Shown here: positions 16,498 through 27,548 of the stretch, one piece after another | Position numbering within the stretch: the first letter of the stretch is position 1 | Layout: each line of letters opens with the position of its first letter | Virus record (IMG/VR): IMGVR_UViG_3300038828_000071 | Span: 1 to 64,000 of that record | Direction: 5' to 3' (one strand) | DNA: 64,000 nt | Source: an uncultured virus (IMG/VR IMGVR_UViG_3300038828_000071) | Taxonomy: Duplodnaviria > Heunggongvirae > Uroviricota > Caudoviricetes | Notes under the pieces: generated by a model | What the model was told of the DNA's origin: nothing | The model's database searches: none | Seen by the model: the letters and a program-made list of their open reading frames with translations, nothing else | Program-made: the position numbers and the translations under genes

Positions 16498-18663
16498 ATG
16501 ATTATTTATTCAGAAAACATTCACAATAAATCAAAATCATATCAGCCATTGCTATATGAACCAATTCCTGATGTTAATCCAGGAACATTATTATATGATG
16601 ATTTTTGGGATATGCAAGATGATAGATTGCTTAATGGCTATACGCCTGATGGTATGTCTTACATTACAGGAAGCCATTACTACTATTTAAATGATTGTAA
16701 AATATACTTATTACCACAAGGATCTAAAAAGAAAAGGTACGAATATCCATTTTATCGCGAATTAGACAGAAGATTAAGCTATGAATTTAAAAATGCCGAT
16801 GACTATGGTTATAATCTAATTATAGGAAAGCCTCGACAGGTTGGATTATCTTGGTTCTCAGTAAAGGAAGTGTCATATGATTCAAAATTTAACTTAAATA
16901 ATCTTACAGGTGTAGCTGTAGGTGTACAAGATAAAGGTGATGAATTTGCAACAAAGCTTAGAAACTTAGAGGATAATATAAGACCAGAGTATAAAGTATC
17001 TCTATCAAAAAAAACAAATGAAGAATTTCAATATAATTACAATTACAGTGAAAATAAACAATCGTTATTAGGTGGACCAAATTCATCTGTATTTATACAA
17101 ACGATGTTTCAAAGTGCCGGTAGCTTTGAAGGTAAAAACTTTAAAAAAGTATTCTTTGAAGAAGCCGGTTTATTTAAAAATCTAAAAGCTTCTTATCGAG
17201 CAACAGAACCGGCATTAAAATCTGGAGCTATTCAATATGGAATATCGGTAGTATTTGGTACCGGTGGTGAAATTGACAAATCATCAAAAGATTATATGTC
17301 AATGTGGAATTTTGCAAGTTATGTTAATTGGCAAAATACTCCGTTTAATATGAANNNNNNNNNNGTATTTATTCCTGCAAATGAATTTTTCCCCGGTGAG
17401 ATAAGAGATACTGATGGTAATACAATTGACTTTTTCAATTATGAAAATGGAACTACAAATAAAGCTGCAGCAACAGACTTCATATTAAAACTACTTGAAA
17501 GAACTAAAAAAGATGTTGAAGGCTATATTAAAGTAGTCCAAACATATCCATTGAAAGAAAGCCATATATTCCAAAAAACAACCGGTGGTGTATTGGATAT
17601 TGTAAAACTAAATTTACAAATACAAAGAATAAACGAAGAAGATATTCCCGTTAAAATAAAAAGAGGACATTTAGAATGGGTAGATAATGAAGTAGTCCAA
17701 CGATTGCTTCATAAAGCTAAAGACACAAAAGAAAGAGCTAAGATTAGAGTTTTTAATGGTTCTACTGTAAAATTTATTGAAGATAATGAGTATGGAGTTT
17801 ATTATGAATTAGCACCGCCAATCAATAAAGATTCTATGCAGCACAAACCAGATATAGGAGGCTGTGATAGTTATGATGAAGAAGCAATTGAAGGCAAATC
17901 ATCAAATGGTGCAACTGTTTGTTACCGTACTTATGCCGGACCAAGTATAAAGTTTAATTATCCCGTTGCTTATCTTGCTGAAAGAGGTGATGCAAGTAAT
18001 GATGACACTTTCTATGAGAATACTTTAAAAATGGCTATATACAGAAATATGGAAGTATTGGTTGAGTATTCTAAGATATTTATAATAAAATATTTTCAGG
18101 ATGTTGGTGCTGATAAATACTTAAAAAATAAATTAGATCTTCGCGCTCATTTAAATGATAGAGCTCGAAATGAAATAGGTCAAAGAATGACCGGTGAAGT
18201 TAAAAATCTTGTAACAAAATTATTAAAATCAGAGATTAGAGATAATTATTCAGAGTATTGGTTCTATGATATGTTAATGGATTTAACTGATTATGGAGAT
18301 AAAAATACGGATATAGCAATGGCTCTTGGTATGTGCTTATTGTTTAAATTAGAGCAATTCGATTATATATCTGATGGAGTAGAAGAAGATTACTCGAATG
18401 ATAAAAGCATCTATGATATAGATTATTATTATGTGGATATCAATGGTAATTTAAAAATGACAAATTTTGGACAAACATCATCAACTCAAAACATTGAAAC
18501 CTTTAATCCTGAATATGATTTAGGAACCGATAATTCGTATGTAAATGAGATAATAATTAAAAAAGAAAATGAAAAAAATGAAGCCGAAAAATTATTACAA
18601 GATTTAAAAAATAAATATGGTAAAGATTATTACGAAATGTTATTATTAGGTAAAATTAATTAA
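16498..18663 (+). CDS. terL: terminase large subunit
   Basis: GKPRQVGLSW (Walker A), VFFEEAG (Walker B), FGTGG, IGGCDSYD nuclease, D..MA; spans N gap 17355-17364. Confidence 0.92.
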   Translation: MIIYSENIHNKSKSYQPLLYEPIPDVNPGTLLYDDFWDMQDDRLLNGYTPDGMSYITGSHYYYLNDCKIYLLPQGSKKKRYEYPFYRELDRRLSYEFKNADDYGYNLIIGKPRQVGLSWFSVKEVSYDSKFNLNNLTGVAVGVQDKGDEFATKLRNLEDNIRPEYKVSLSKKTNEEFQYNYNYSENKQSLLGGPNSSVFIQTMFQSAGSFEGKNFKKVFFEEAGLFKNLKASYRATEPALKSGAIQYGISVVFGTGGEIDKSSKDYMSMWNFASYVNWQNTPFNMXXXXVFIPANEFFPGEIRDTDGNTIDFFNYENGTTNKAAATDFILKLLERTKKDVEGYIKVVQTYPLKESHIFQKTTGGVLDIVKLNLQIQRINEEDIPVKIKRGHLEWVDNEVVQRLLHKAKDTKERAKIRVFNGSTVKFIEDNEYGVYYELAPPINKDSMQHKPDIGGCDSYDEEAIEGKSSNGATVCYRTYAGPSIKFNYPVAYLAERGDASNDDTFYENTLKMAIYRNMEVLVEYSKIFIIKYFQDVGADKYLKNKLDLRAHLNDRARNEIGQRMTGEVKNLVTKLLKSEIRDNYSEYWFYDMLMDLTDYGDKNTDIAMALGMCLLFKLEQFDYISDGVEEDYSNDKSIYDIDYYYVDINGNLKMTNFGQTSSTQNIETFNPEYDLGTDNSYVNEIIIKKENEKNEAEKLLQDLKNKYGKDYYEMLLLGKIN

Positions 18664-18679
18664 TGATTGATTTTTTATT

Positions 18680-18687
18680 TACTTTTG
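18680..18687 (+). promoter_or_regulatory. Bacteroidota -7 element TACTTTTG
   Basis: Upstream of portal ATG 18703. Confidence 0.5.
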
Positions 18688-18702
18688 TTAAAAATTTTAA
18701 AG

Positions 18703-20946
18703 ATGTACAATTTTCCAGATCAAGACATTCCAAAGTCAAAAAAAACAAAAGATTGGCACAAACAACATGTTCAAAATGCTGTATCATTTATTCAAAGTAA
18801 TGAGTATGGTAGAAGCAATGAAGCGATTACAAGACTATTCAATAGTTACAATGGAATATTAACGCAAAAAGAAACAGAAATCATTAAACTAACATTAACA
18901 GATCAATATGGAACAAATCTTGGAGTTCCATATATGGTTTATCCTCTTATAAAAACTAAAATAGACCAGATTGCAGGGATATATGCAGAAAGACCGGTCA
19001 AAAAAAGAGCTTATGCCATCGATAAAGAAAGTGTAGCTAAAAAATTAGAATATAAATTAGACCTTATTGAAGAAGAACTTTTTAGAGAAAAAAATGAAGA
19101 ATTTAAGCAATATACCGGAATTGAATTAGATACTAATAATCCACAAATTAAATTGCCAAATGATATTGAAGAATTTATGGCAAAGGATTATAAGATGATG
19201 GAAGAAGAAATTGCTAATGATGTAATAACCAATTTCCTTGAAGTAGAAAAAAATAAAAGACTGATTTTATCAATGCTTAAAAGCGTTTTGATATCTGAAC
19301 AGGTTCATGCAAAAATTTATGTTGATAATGGTGTTATTAAATGGAGAATGGTACATCCGAATAATGCCATATTTGATTTGGACCCAAAATCAGACGTAAA
19401 TGAAAATCAAAATTTCTTTATTGAATATGTTCCAATGAGCGAGAATGAAATTTTAAATACATTCACTCTTGATAAAGAAACAAAAGCTTTAGTTAAATCA
19501 TATTTCAAAAATGATTACTTTACAAATGCTACAAGAGGTGGCATAGATATCAATGGATGGTTTTCAACAGATAATAAGACCAAAAGAGTTAATGTGGTTG
19601 AGCTCGATTGGAAATCTCAAAAAAACGTAAGATTTATAGAAGATGAAAATAAGCATACCGGAGAACCAATAGTTAAAAAATTAGATGATGATTATGAATA
19701 TAAAAAAAGAGATAAAGAACGGTTAAGAACACTTGAAGTGTTTGAGCATAGATTCTGTATTATGCTTGGTCCTGATATCGTTCTTGATTATGGAGAAAGA
19801 GAATATAGAAATTCTCGGAAATCAAATCCTCGCGATATATTGTTAGATAGTGTAACCTTAAAACTTAATAACACTTTAGGTGAAACAGGAATACAATCTA
19901 TCGCGGCATTGCTATTAAAATTACAAGATTTTGCATCAGAACTTCTTTTTACATTAAGGTTAACCGCTAAAAAAAATAAAGGAAAAATAATGCTTTACGA
20001 TGTGGCTCAAACGCCAAGGGAATATTTTAAAAACGGTGATCCTCAAACAGCTTTAAATAGAGTATTGCATCATGCCGTAAAAGACAGTATGGTTCTTATT
20101 AACTCCAAAGATAAAAGCCAAAGACAAACTTTTAATCAATTTACAGCAATTGATTTAGGCACTAAAGAAATGCTACAAGACATTATAAACGCATTAGCAA
20201 CTATTGAAATGTTGGCTGATAAATGGATAGGATTATCACCAGAGGCACAAGGGAATGTTGGTCAATACCAAACAGCATCCGGTTCAGATAAAGCCGTTAA
20301 AGGCTCTCTAATTCGCTTAGAGAATATTTTCATGCCTTTTGATAATTTTATTCAGTCATTATTGGATAAAGTAATTATCAAAGCTAAACAAACTTATAAA
20401 GACAATGATGTTACCCAATTCATATTTGGAGATTTAAAATCTAAAGTAATTGCATTTTCAGAAAAATTCTTCTTAGCTGATTATGGCATGTACTTTGGGT
20501 ATCCTAATGTAGATCAGCAAAAAAAAGAAATTATCAATAGAGCAGCTGAAATGTTACTTTCCAATGCGCAAAGTGATGAATTGATATTATCAGCTATAAG
20601 AATATTAAATGAAGATACCAGCTCGGAAGCAGAAGCTATATTGGTAAAAGCAATTGAAAGTAAAAGTAAATTACAAGAACAATTGCAACAATCTCAAATG
20701 CAAGCAATGCAACAACAACAACAAGCTATGGCAGAAGAAAAGGATAAGGATAGACAAGTATCCAGGGATGGTCATCTTAAAGATGTTATTGTCGCGAATA
20801 TTTATGCTGAAAACAAAACCAATGTTGAAAAAATAAAACAAGGAAACGAAAATAATAGAACATTGGCAGATATAGAAAAAGAATTTTTAGCAGCTAAATA
20901 TAACTATAAACAATCAGAAAAAAATCAAAAAACAAAAAGTGAATAA
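18703..20946 (+). CDS. portal protein
   Basis: FP.Q.IP...KTK.W start, YP.IK.KI..I.G, G.SP..QG.VGQY.TA, Q-rich barrel; follows terL as in crAss-like phages; ATG 18703 preferred over TTG 18667. Confidence 0.85.
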   Translation: MYNFPDQDIPKSKKTKDWHKQHVQNAVSFIQSNEYGRSNEAITRLFNSYNGILTQKETEIIKLTLTDQYGTNLGVPYMVYPLIKTKIDQIAGIYAERPVKKRAYAIDKESVAKKLEYKLDLIEEELFREKNEEFKQYTGIELDTNNPQIKLPNDIEEFMAKDYKMMEEEIANDVITNFLEVEKNKRLILSMLKSVLISEQVHAKIYVDNGVIKWRMVHPNNAIFDLDPKSDVNENQNFFIEYVPMSENEILNTFTLDKETKALVKSYFKNDYFTNATRGGIDINGWFSTDNKTKRVNVVELDWKSQKNVRFIEDENKHTGEPIVKKLDDDYEYKKRDKERLRTLEVFEHRFCIMLGPDIVLDYGEREYRNSRKSNPRDILLDSVTLKLNNTLGETGIQSIAALLLKLQDFASELLFTLRLTAKKNKGKIMLYDVAQTPREYFKNGDPQTALNRVLHHAVKDSMVLINSKDKSQRQTFNQFTAIDLGTKEMLQDIINALATIEMLADKWIGLSPEAQGNVGQYQTASGSDKAVKGSLIRLENIFMPFDNFIQSLLDKVIIKAKQTYKDNDVTQFIFGDLKSKVIAFSEKFFLADYGMYFGYPNVDQQKKEIINRAAEMLLSNAQSDELILSAIRILNEDTSSEAEAILVKAIESKSKLQEQLQQSQMQAMQQQQQAMAEEKDKDRQVSRDGHLKDVIVANIYAENKTNVEKIKQGNENNRTLADIEKEFLAAKYNYKQSEKNQKTKSE

Positions 20947-20993
20947 AAAATATATTACTTTTGTTCAGAATTTAAACCAAAAAAAACAATATT

Positions 20994-22022
20994 ATGACAA
21001 CTAACGACGATTTATTTAAAGACTTTGATATGCCGGAAAATCCAGAAAATCCAAATAATAATTTAGATTATCAGGATAATTCTTTAGAAAATACATTGAT
21101 TGATGAATTATCAATTAATGATTTATTGGATAATGATGATGATGATGTTACTATCTTACAAGATTTTGTAGGAAAACAAGAACCGGCAAAACCAGCTCCA
21201 GATAATACTCCATCAGAAGAAGATGATTTTGTAAAAAAATACAATGAAGAGTTTGGTACCAATTTCAAAGATAAGGTTGAATTAAAGCAATCTTTACAAA
21301 ATCAAACTCCGGCTAAAGTTAGTGCTTTAACCGAAGATCAAGAAAAAGAATACGAGCGTAATACAGCTACAATAAACGCTCTTTCTGACGTTTTAAATAA
21401 GTCAAGTAGGGAAATACTCACAATGCATCATCTATCTCTTAAGAAACAAGAAATGGGTGAGCATTTTGATATTGATATTGCAAAGGATGAAGTAAAAGAT
21501 AAATTGGATAAATGGGAAGATAATGGAACTCTTGATTTCAATGCCAATAATTTGAAGTCTGAAATTAAATCAGAACTTCAAAAACTTCAAGACAAAAACA
21601 AAGGTCTTGAAGAAATAAGAGATTCCGAAAAAATTGCAGAAGCCGAAAAAAAAGTTGGAGCAATCCAAAATAAAATAATTGATATTTTTAAAAAGCAATC
21701 ATTCTTTGGCATTAAACCAGAGAAAGATGTCTTAAACAAAGTATATGCTGATATTGTAAATAACGAATTTTCAAAGCAACTTAATCAAAATCCAGAACTA
21801 TTAGTTGAGTTGGCGATTATGCACGCTTATAAAAGCGAAATCGAAAAGCGAGCATTGCGTCCAACAGCTGATCAAGGAAGAAAAGAGGTTCTTGATGAAT
21901 TAATACCTAATCATCAAAAATCTACAACCCTTAATCAAGCCAGAGGTGGCAGTACAACTAAAAAATTAGGTGGCGATGAACTTGTAGATCTATTCCTTTT
22001 TGGAAATACTGCAAAGCAATAA
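20994..22022 (+). CDS. putative scaffolding/head assembly protein
   Basis: Acidic N-terminus, helical; between portal and capsid; TACTTTTG at 20956-20963. Confidence 0.6.
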   Translation: MTTNDDLFKDFDMPENPENPNNNLDYQDNSLENTLIDELSINDLLDNDDDDVTILQDFVGKQEPAKPAPDNTPSEEDDFVKKYNEEFGTNFKDKVELKQSLQNQTPAKVSALTEDQEKEYERNTATINALSDVLNKSSREILTMHHLSLKKQEMGEHFDIDIAKDEVKDKLDKWEDNGTLDFNANNLKSEIKSELQKLQDKNKGLEEIRDSEKIAEAEKKVGAIQNKIIDIFKKQSFFGIKPEKDVLNKVYADIVNNEFSKQLNQNPELLVELAIMHAYKSEIEKRALRPTADQGRKEVLDELIPNHQKSTTLNQARGGSTTKKLGGDELVDLFLFGNTAKQ

Positions 22023-22135
22023 GACCAAATTAGGAACTACATGATTTGTTTATGGAACTCATTTAAAGGCAAAGCCGGTGATAATGAGCGACAAAATATC
22101 AAAAGTTAATTTAATTAATTTTAAAACCTAAACAA

Positions 22136-23821
22136 ATGTCAGGAACAATCCTTAGAGGGCCGCAATATAATTATAACCCTCAAATCCATACCGAAGCTAA
22201 TTCTTTAACTCATAAGATGGCTAAACATATGGAAATTAGAAAAAAAGCATTCGACCTTAATGCTCGATATGCTAAAGTAAGCTCTTTTGCCGCATCTGCC
22301 GGAATGGTAAATTCAGGAGCGATGAATGGTAAAGTAAAAAAAGATAGTGAAGGCATTTACGATAATGCTTATCGCGTTCATTATGAAGGTGCTTTATTCA
22401 CTCCATCATTAGCATCCGGTTCTGTAAGAATTGGAGAATGGTATGACGCCTCAAATCCAACCCCAGATATGTTGACCGGAAATGTTGGTGTAACCTTTGT
22501 TTCTCCATTGACAGAATCAACATTGACTACAGATACTTTAATAAGTATTGCTGTTCAACATGATCCAGCTAATGGAATTGACGGTAGTAAAATTCAACCA
22601 CACGAATCTATTATCTTAGATAATAACCTTGGGACTGAACTAATCGTTGCCAGAGGTGGTAGAAAAGCATCTACCGGAGATCATTATGTTTATGATGGTA
22701 AAATTATGGGTGGTGCGTCGTTGTTTAAATCAGCACATTTAGCTGAAGGAACTGTACTTACTTATGGTGGTACTCGTTTTGGTGAAGGTTCTTTGTATGG
22801 TAATCAAAAAACATATACCAACAAATGGAGAATTAACTACTCACATATCCAACGTTATACTTTGACAATGACTCTTGAAGCTTCAAAACAAAAAGTGTCA
22901 ATGCTTTATAATGAAGGAACAAATGCTTCAAGTGGTCTTTGGGAATACACAGAAGTGCTTAAAGCTGAACAACAATTCGCTTTAGGATTGGAACAAGGTT
23001 TGAGAGTTTCTCGTATGACTATGGACCCAACAAATCACAAATGGTTTGAAAACTATGGTGCCAATACTTTAACTCTTTCAGGGTTTACAGCACAAGGTGG
23101 TTTAACTGCTCCAATGAGTGGCGATGGTTGGATTCCTCAAATTGAAGAAGCCAACTTATTTGAATACGGTGCCAATACAGGTGTAGAAGTTGCTTATTTT
23201 GAAGCTATCATGAATGTATTATCACAAAGATCTCCAAAAGGATCTACAGGTAACTTGTTCATTTTGGTTACTGATAGAATCGGTACGATGGTTGTTGACA
23301 AATCATTAAAAAAACTTACCGGTTGGGCACAAACTACCACTACTAACCAAGCAAGTAGCATCGTTGTAAATGTTACTACTGGTGCAGAAAACAAAGTAGG
23401 ATTCTCTTTCAATAAATATCATTATTTAGGTAATGACTTTGTTGTCTTTGAAGATGAATTGTTAAACAATCCTGCAATGTATCCTACCAATGGTGGTATT
23501 ACCGGTTCAGGAAATATTTATATCATAAATGCAAGTCCAATTGATGGTGTTCCAAACTTTGATATTTTGAATAGAGCTGGTTCAGCTTATATCAAAAAGT
23601 ATGAAGATGGTTTAACTTCATTTGATCCTGCCGGAGAATCAGCAAAAGTTAGTTCAGGTTTTGCTGGTAAGAAAGTACACCTCTACTCAGAACAAATGGC
23701 AATGGTGTATGCTCAAAAAGCATGTGGTATCTTGAAAAATACACAAGCTTACAATGGAGGTGCATTAGCCGCATCACAATGGTTAACTGACAATCCAGAC
23801 AGCAGAAGCTTTTTATTTTAA
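22136..23821 (+). CDS. major capsid protein
   Basis: Synteny, GEGS..G and G.GW.PQIE motifs, strong terminator downstream. Confidence 0.78.
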   Translation: MSGTILRGPQYNYNPQIHTEANSLTHKMAKHMEIRKKAFDLNARYAKVSSFAASAGMVNSGAMNGKVKKDSEGIYDNAYRVHYEGALFTPSLASGSVRIGEWYDASNPTPDMLTGNVGVTFVSPLTESTLTTDTLISIAVQHDPANGIDGSKIQPHESIILDNNLGTELIVARGGRKASTGDHYVYDGKIMGGASLFKSAHLAEGTVLTYGGTRFGEGSLYGNQKTYTNKWRINYSHIQRYTLTMTLEASKQKVSMLYNEGTNASSGLWEYTEVLKAEQQFALGLEQGLRVSRMTMDPTNHKWFENYGANTLTLSGFTAQGGLTAPMSGDGWIPQIEEANLFEYGANTGVEVAYFEAIMNVLSQRSPKGSTGNLFILVTDRIGTMVVDKSLKKLTGWAQTTTTNQASSIVVNVTTGAENKVGFSFNKYHYLGNDFVVFEDELLNNPAMYPTNGGITGSGNIYIINASPIDGVPNFDILNRAGSAYIKKYEDGLTSFDPAGESAKVSSGFAGKKVHLYSEQMAMVYAQKACGILKNTQAYNGGALAASQWLTDNPDSRSFLF

Positions 23822-23830
23822 TCTAATTTA

Positions 23831-23869
23831 ATAGTTAAGGGGGTAGCAATACCCCCTAAGCTATTTTTT
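23831..23869 (+). terminator. intrinsic terminator after capsid gene
   Basis: agggggta-gcaa-taccccct followed by T-run. Confidence 0.85.
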
Positions 23870-23897
23870 ATTATATAAACCAAAAAATAATAACATT

Positions 23898-24749
23898 ATG
23901 TCACAAGCAACAAAAACAGAGTTAATTGAGGGTAAGAAATTTTATAAAGGATCTGTAACCGGAAGATGGCAGCTTTCTGTAAAATTAAACAACAATTTGC
24001 CAAACAAAACAGATGGATTTTCAACGGCTTTAATCAGCAATTACGATGATCCATTTACAGGTTTATTAAGGGTTCTTTTAGATGGAAATAAAAAGCCATT
24101 ACTTGGATTTCAATTAACCACTCCAACAATCATTCTCAATCCTGATAAAAATGCATTCCATAGAAATGTAGTAAACTTTTTGTTAGGTCATCCCGAAGTT
24201 GGTGTTGATGGAGTTAATTTGGAAAATGAAGTCATTACAACAAAACAAGGAAATCCTCGATATAAATTGATATCGTTGGATAATCAAGAAAACGTAAAAA
24301 TGGATAATGAAGAAGTAATCGATAAGGTGATATCTCGACTTATCGCTGATGGCCCAAAAGCTATTGGAATTGATAAAATCAGAGGTATATTAGCTGTCCT
24401 TGATTTGAATTATATCAATAGAAGATATTATGGTAATGTAAGTTCTGAAAAGAAAATACTTGTTTCTACTTTAAAGAATTTCATTCGCCAATCTATTAGT
24501 AATGCCAAAAGGGTAGATGAAATTCTTAATGACATTGAATTCACTAAATATATTCTTTTGGTTAAAGAAATGATAAGATTTGAAAAGTTGAAACATACTT
24601 TCAACTCTTACAAGTACCAAGGGGAGCCAATTGGAGTTGATTTGCCAAGCGTTTGTAAATGGTTTGAAGATAGACCTGATGAATTCAATTTCATTTCAAC
24701 AGAGATTAAGAAATTGCAAGACAAAGAGAAAGAGATCAATATCGAATAA
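23898..24749 (+). CDS. conserved head-module protein downstream of MCP
   Basis: Synteny with crAss-like capsid module. Confidence 0.55.
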   Translation: MSQATKTELIEGKKFYKGSVTGRWQLSVKLNNNLPNKTDGFSTALISNYDDPFTGLLRVLLDGNKKPLLGFQLTTPTIILNPDKNAFHRNVVNFLLGHPEVGVDGVNLENEVITTKQGNPRYKLISLDNQENVKMDNEEVIDKVISRLIADGPKAIGIDKIRGILAVLDLNYINRRYYGNVSSEKKILVSTLKNFIRQSISNAKRVDEILNDIEFTKYILLVKEMIRFEKLKHTFNSYKYQGEPIGVDLPSVCKWFEDRPDEFNFISTEIKKLQDKEKEINIE

Positions 24750-24762
24750 ATAAAATTTCATA

Positions 24763-25380
24763 ATGTATTCATTAGAAGAAACATATTATTTAATATTACA
24801 AAAAGCCGATAAAATCGGTTCAGATTTTTTCCAATTGCCTGTCATTCTGAACCGATTTCGTTCGGCAACTTACGAGTATTTAGATGCCATCAAAAAAGTC
24901 CTTGAAATGAATCAAGGAATTACTGATGACATAAAACCATTAATAGTTCCTAAAAGGTTTCCGTTACTTGCTGATGCAGATTTAGGAGGTATGAAAGGAC
25001 CATTACCAAGTGATTATTATTACTTAGCGAGTATAAAACCTATTTATTTAGGTAATACTACACCAAGACAGACAAGGGTTGTTAGAATTGGACAAGATGA
25101 AATCATGAAGATTGATCCATTTAATAAACCAACATTGGAATATCCTCATGTTTACCAATATGAAAATTTTATAAACATTCAAACTAACGATGTTGAAGAA
25201 GCCATCGAGGTTTTAATTTTATACATTAAAAAACCGGTATTCGCGAATTTAAATGAACCGCAAGTAAGAATTGTAAACTTACCTGATAATGTTATTGAAA
25301 AGATAATTGAAATAACGGTTAAACAATTATTTGCTTCAACCGCAGATCAAAGAGTCCAGGTACCTAATTCTGATTTCTAA
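24763..25380 (+). CDS. putative tail ring / head-tail connector protein
   Basis: LP.DY, DPFNKP, Y.KKP, LP pattern typical of crAss-like ring proteins. Confidence 0.6.
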   Translation: MYSLEETYYLILQKADKIGSDFFQLPVILNRFRSATYEYLDAIKKVLEMNQGITDDIKPLIVPKRFPLLADADLGGMKGPLPSDYYYLASIKPIYLGNTTPRQTRVVRIGQDEIMKIDPFNKPTLEYPHVYQYENFINIQTNDVEEAIEVLILYIKKPVFANLNEPQVRIVNLPDNVIEKIIEITVKQLFASTADQRVQVPNSDF

Positions 25381-26051
25381 TGACAACTACCGAAGAACAA
25401 ATTGTATATCAAATCCTCAATACTGTTAAAAACACAGAATTGAATAATGATGAAGTCATATCAGAAAGATTGATTCGCTCTTATATCCATAAATATAGAG
25501 CTGATCTATTAAATAAGAATTATTTCTTTGGAATGACAATTCCAGATGAAGTGTTTCAAAGAATAAGCCTTAATTCGTTTGAAATAGTAAGTACTACTGA
25601 ATTAAAACACGAATTACCACCATTCATATCATTTGAAGAAAATTTTGGCTTAAAGATGTCTAAATATGGAGAATTTATTCCTATTATAAATTCAGAAGAA
25701 TTTAGAACTTCTATAAAAACAAGATATGGGAAAACACAAGTTAAAGCAACTGTTGAGCAAAGAAAATTAAAATTGTATAAAGGTAATTTGAATTGCTGTA
25801 TTGATGATAATTCAATACAAGCTAATTTAATAAAACATTTTAATAATATCAATCCAAGTGCTGAGTTGGAAATTATTTTAGTAAATCCAGATGATGATCC
25901 GACTTATAAATGGACAGAAACACCATTTCCATTTCCATTTGAATTGATTCAAAAATTAGTTCAATCAATATTAGCTTTAGAATTTAATATCATATTACAA
26001 ACTAAGGCTGATAAAATAGGAGATCAAAATGCCAAAAATACTGAAGAATAG
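25380..26051 (+). CDS. putative tail ring protein
   Basis: IS.R.I...I..YR..L, LP, P.D, FPFP; synteny. Confidence 0.55.
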   Translation: MTTTEEQIVYQILNTVKNTELNNDEVISERLIRSYIHKYRADLLNKNYFFGMTIPDEVFQRISLNSFEIVSTTELKHELPPFISFEENFGLKMSKYGEFIPIINSEEFRTSIKTRYGKTQVKATVEQRKLKLYKGNLNCCIDDNSIQANLIKHFNNINPSAELEIILVNPDDDPTYKWTETPFPFPFELIQKLVQSILALEFNIILQTKADKIGDQNAKNTEE

Positions 26052-26505
26052 TGTACAGTGGAATATCAGAGATGTATATAACAATACAAATCCATATAAT
26101 ATAACTTATAGTGCTCGAAGAATTTTTGAAAATGGAGACAAAAAAAGAGTTGTAATGCCTTATGGTTTGTTTAGAAAAATAATCAACACGTATCTAAAAA
26201 TATGGATACGTGATTTTTTTTTCGCAGAAACTTTATACTTTCCTATTGGCGGTCAAGTTCAAAAAAGGTTATATAGACCAGAAACATTAAGTAAATATAA
26301 AATCAATAATCAAAAATCACTACCAATTGTAATGCAATGGTTTAATAGAGAGTTATTGTATTTTGTAAACTATTTTACATTAAATTTGAATCGCGGGAGT
26401 TATGCTGATTTCTTTTATAGAGAAAAGATGAAATTCCTTAATTTTGTTGACCAAGACAAGTTAAATATAAAATATTGGATTAAAAAAACTAATAGAAACG
26501 ATTAA
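26029..26505 (+). CDS. IHF/HU-like basic protein of crAss-like tail module
   Basis: Y..F.KII..Y...P.GG...K pattern; synteny. Confidence 0.45.
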   Translation: MPKILKNSVQWNIRDVYNNTNPYNITYSARRIFENGDKKRVVMPYGLFRKIINTYLKIWIRDFFFAETLYFPIGGQVQKRLYRPETLSKYKINNQKSLPIVMQWFNRELLYFVNYFTLNLNRGSYADFFYREKMKFLNFVDQDKLNIKYWIKKTNRND

Positions 26506-26507
26506 AG

Positions 26508-27548
26508 ATGCATTCAGGATTTGTAACATTTGACGAAATAATTCTTAGAGTTAAAGATGAAACCGGTATAACCAATCTTGTTCCATATTACGAAAGGATT
26601 AAAAGAATGATCTTTCAAGCCGAAAGACAAATAGGCTATTTTGGTTCTGTTGTTAGAAAAAGAATTAAATATACTGTGGCCAACAATACATTTAATGGAA
26701 TACAGTTTCAGGTTCCCAAAGATTATGTAGAATTTGAGGGTATAAGTTATGAAAACGATGAAAACTATTTTCCTGCAGAAGCTTTCAATGTAAATACATC
26801 ATATGTTACATTAAACATAAGCCAAAAAGAAAAAGATGAAATATATTTGACTTATACCGGAATGGTTTGTGATGGCTTAGGAAATCCAATAACAACTATG
26901 AACCATGAAGAAGCTGTTGTTTCATATATAGTTTGGAAACTTTATAATGTAAAAGCTTTTTTAGACGTTGGAAGAGGTAGCAAAAATTATGTATTTCAAC
27001 TCAAAATGGCATGGGAAGATTATAGAGATGCAGCAAGAGGTCATGATGCATTTCCTAACAATTGGAAAGATTTTCAAAAATTGGGCATGTTATTCAATTC
27101 TTCTCCATTAGAAGCAATGATGTTACCAAATGATAATGGTAATAATCATTATGAAACTCCAATCGCATCTTGTGTATTAAATGGATATATTGAAATAGAT
27201 GAAGTCCAAAGTGGTGTTTTAATTTATTATTGGCAATACGATAGTCCTTCGGTTCCGGCATCTATTATAAATAGTATTAGTGAGGATTTTATAAATCTTC
27301 AATTATTTAATACTTTAGAAAACTTTAATCAAGGTATTTTAATACCATATATTTCAATCGGAAGATTGGGTTTTGCTATTAAAAACGCTACAATTGAAGA
27401 ATATAAAATTCTTGATGTTTTGGAACAAGACATTACAGATATTGTATTTGATAAGGTTTATTTTGAGTCTTTTAATACAACTGTATATGTCAGCAAAGAG
27501 CATTATTCTTATTCCAACTTAATGTTTAAATTCTTGAAAAATGAGTAA
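26508..27548 (+). CDS. putative tail tubular/ring protein with C-terminal extension
   Basis: P.D, Y.G...D..G.P....EEA...YI.WK motifs; synteny. Confidence 0.55.
   Translation: MHSGFVTFDEIILRVKDETGITNLVPYYERIKRMIFQAERQIGYFGSVVRKRIKYTVANNTFNGIQFQVPKDYVEFEGISYENDENYFPAEAFNVNTSYVTLNISQKEKDEIYLTYTGMVCDGLGNPITTMNHEEAVVSYIVWKLYNVKAFLDVGRGSKNYVFQLKMAWEDYRDAARGHDAFPNNWKDFQKLGMLFNSSPLEAMMLPNDNGNNHYETPIASCVLNGYIEIDEVQSGVLIYYWQYDSPSVPASIINSISEDFINLQLFNTLENFNQGILIPYISIGRLGFAIKNATIEEYKILDVLEQDITDIVFDKVYFESFNTTVYVSKEHYSYSNLMFKFLKNE

Noticed and set aside
17355..17364. Intron or intein in terminase (likewise gaps at 3859, 44974, 60817)
   Set aside because: These are 10-N scaffold gaps with unknown content; flanks read as continuous protein, so nothing can be claimed
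22062..22095. c-di-GMP-I riboswitch (AAAGGCAAA start)
   Set aside because: Lacks the GNRA tetraloop, GACGCAAAG segment and second hairpin
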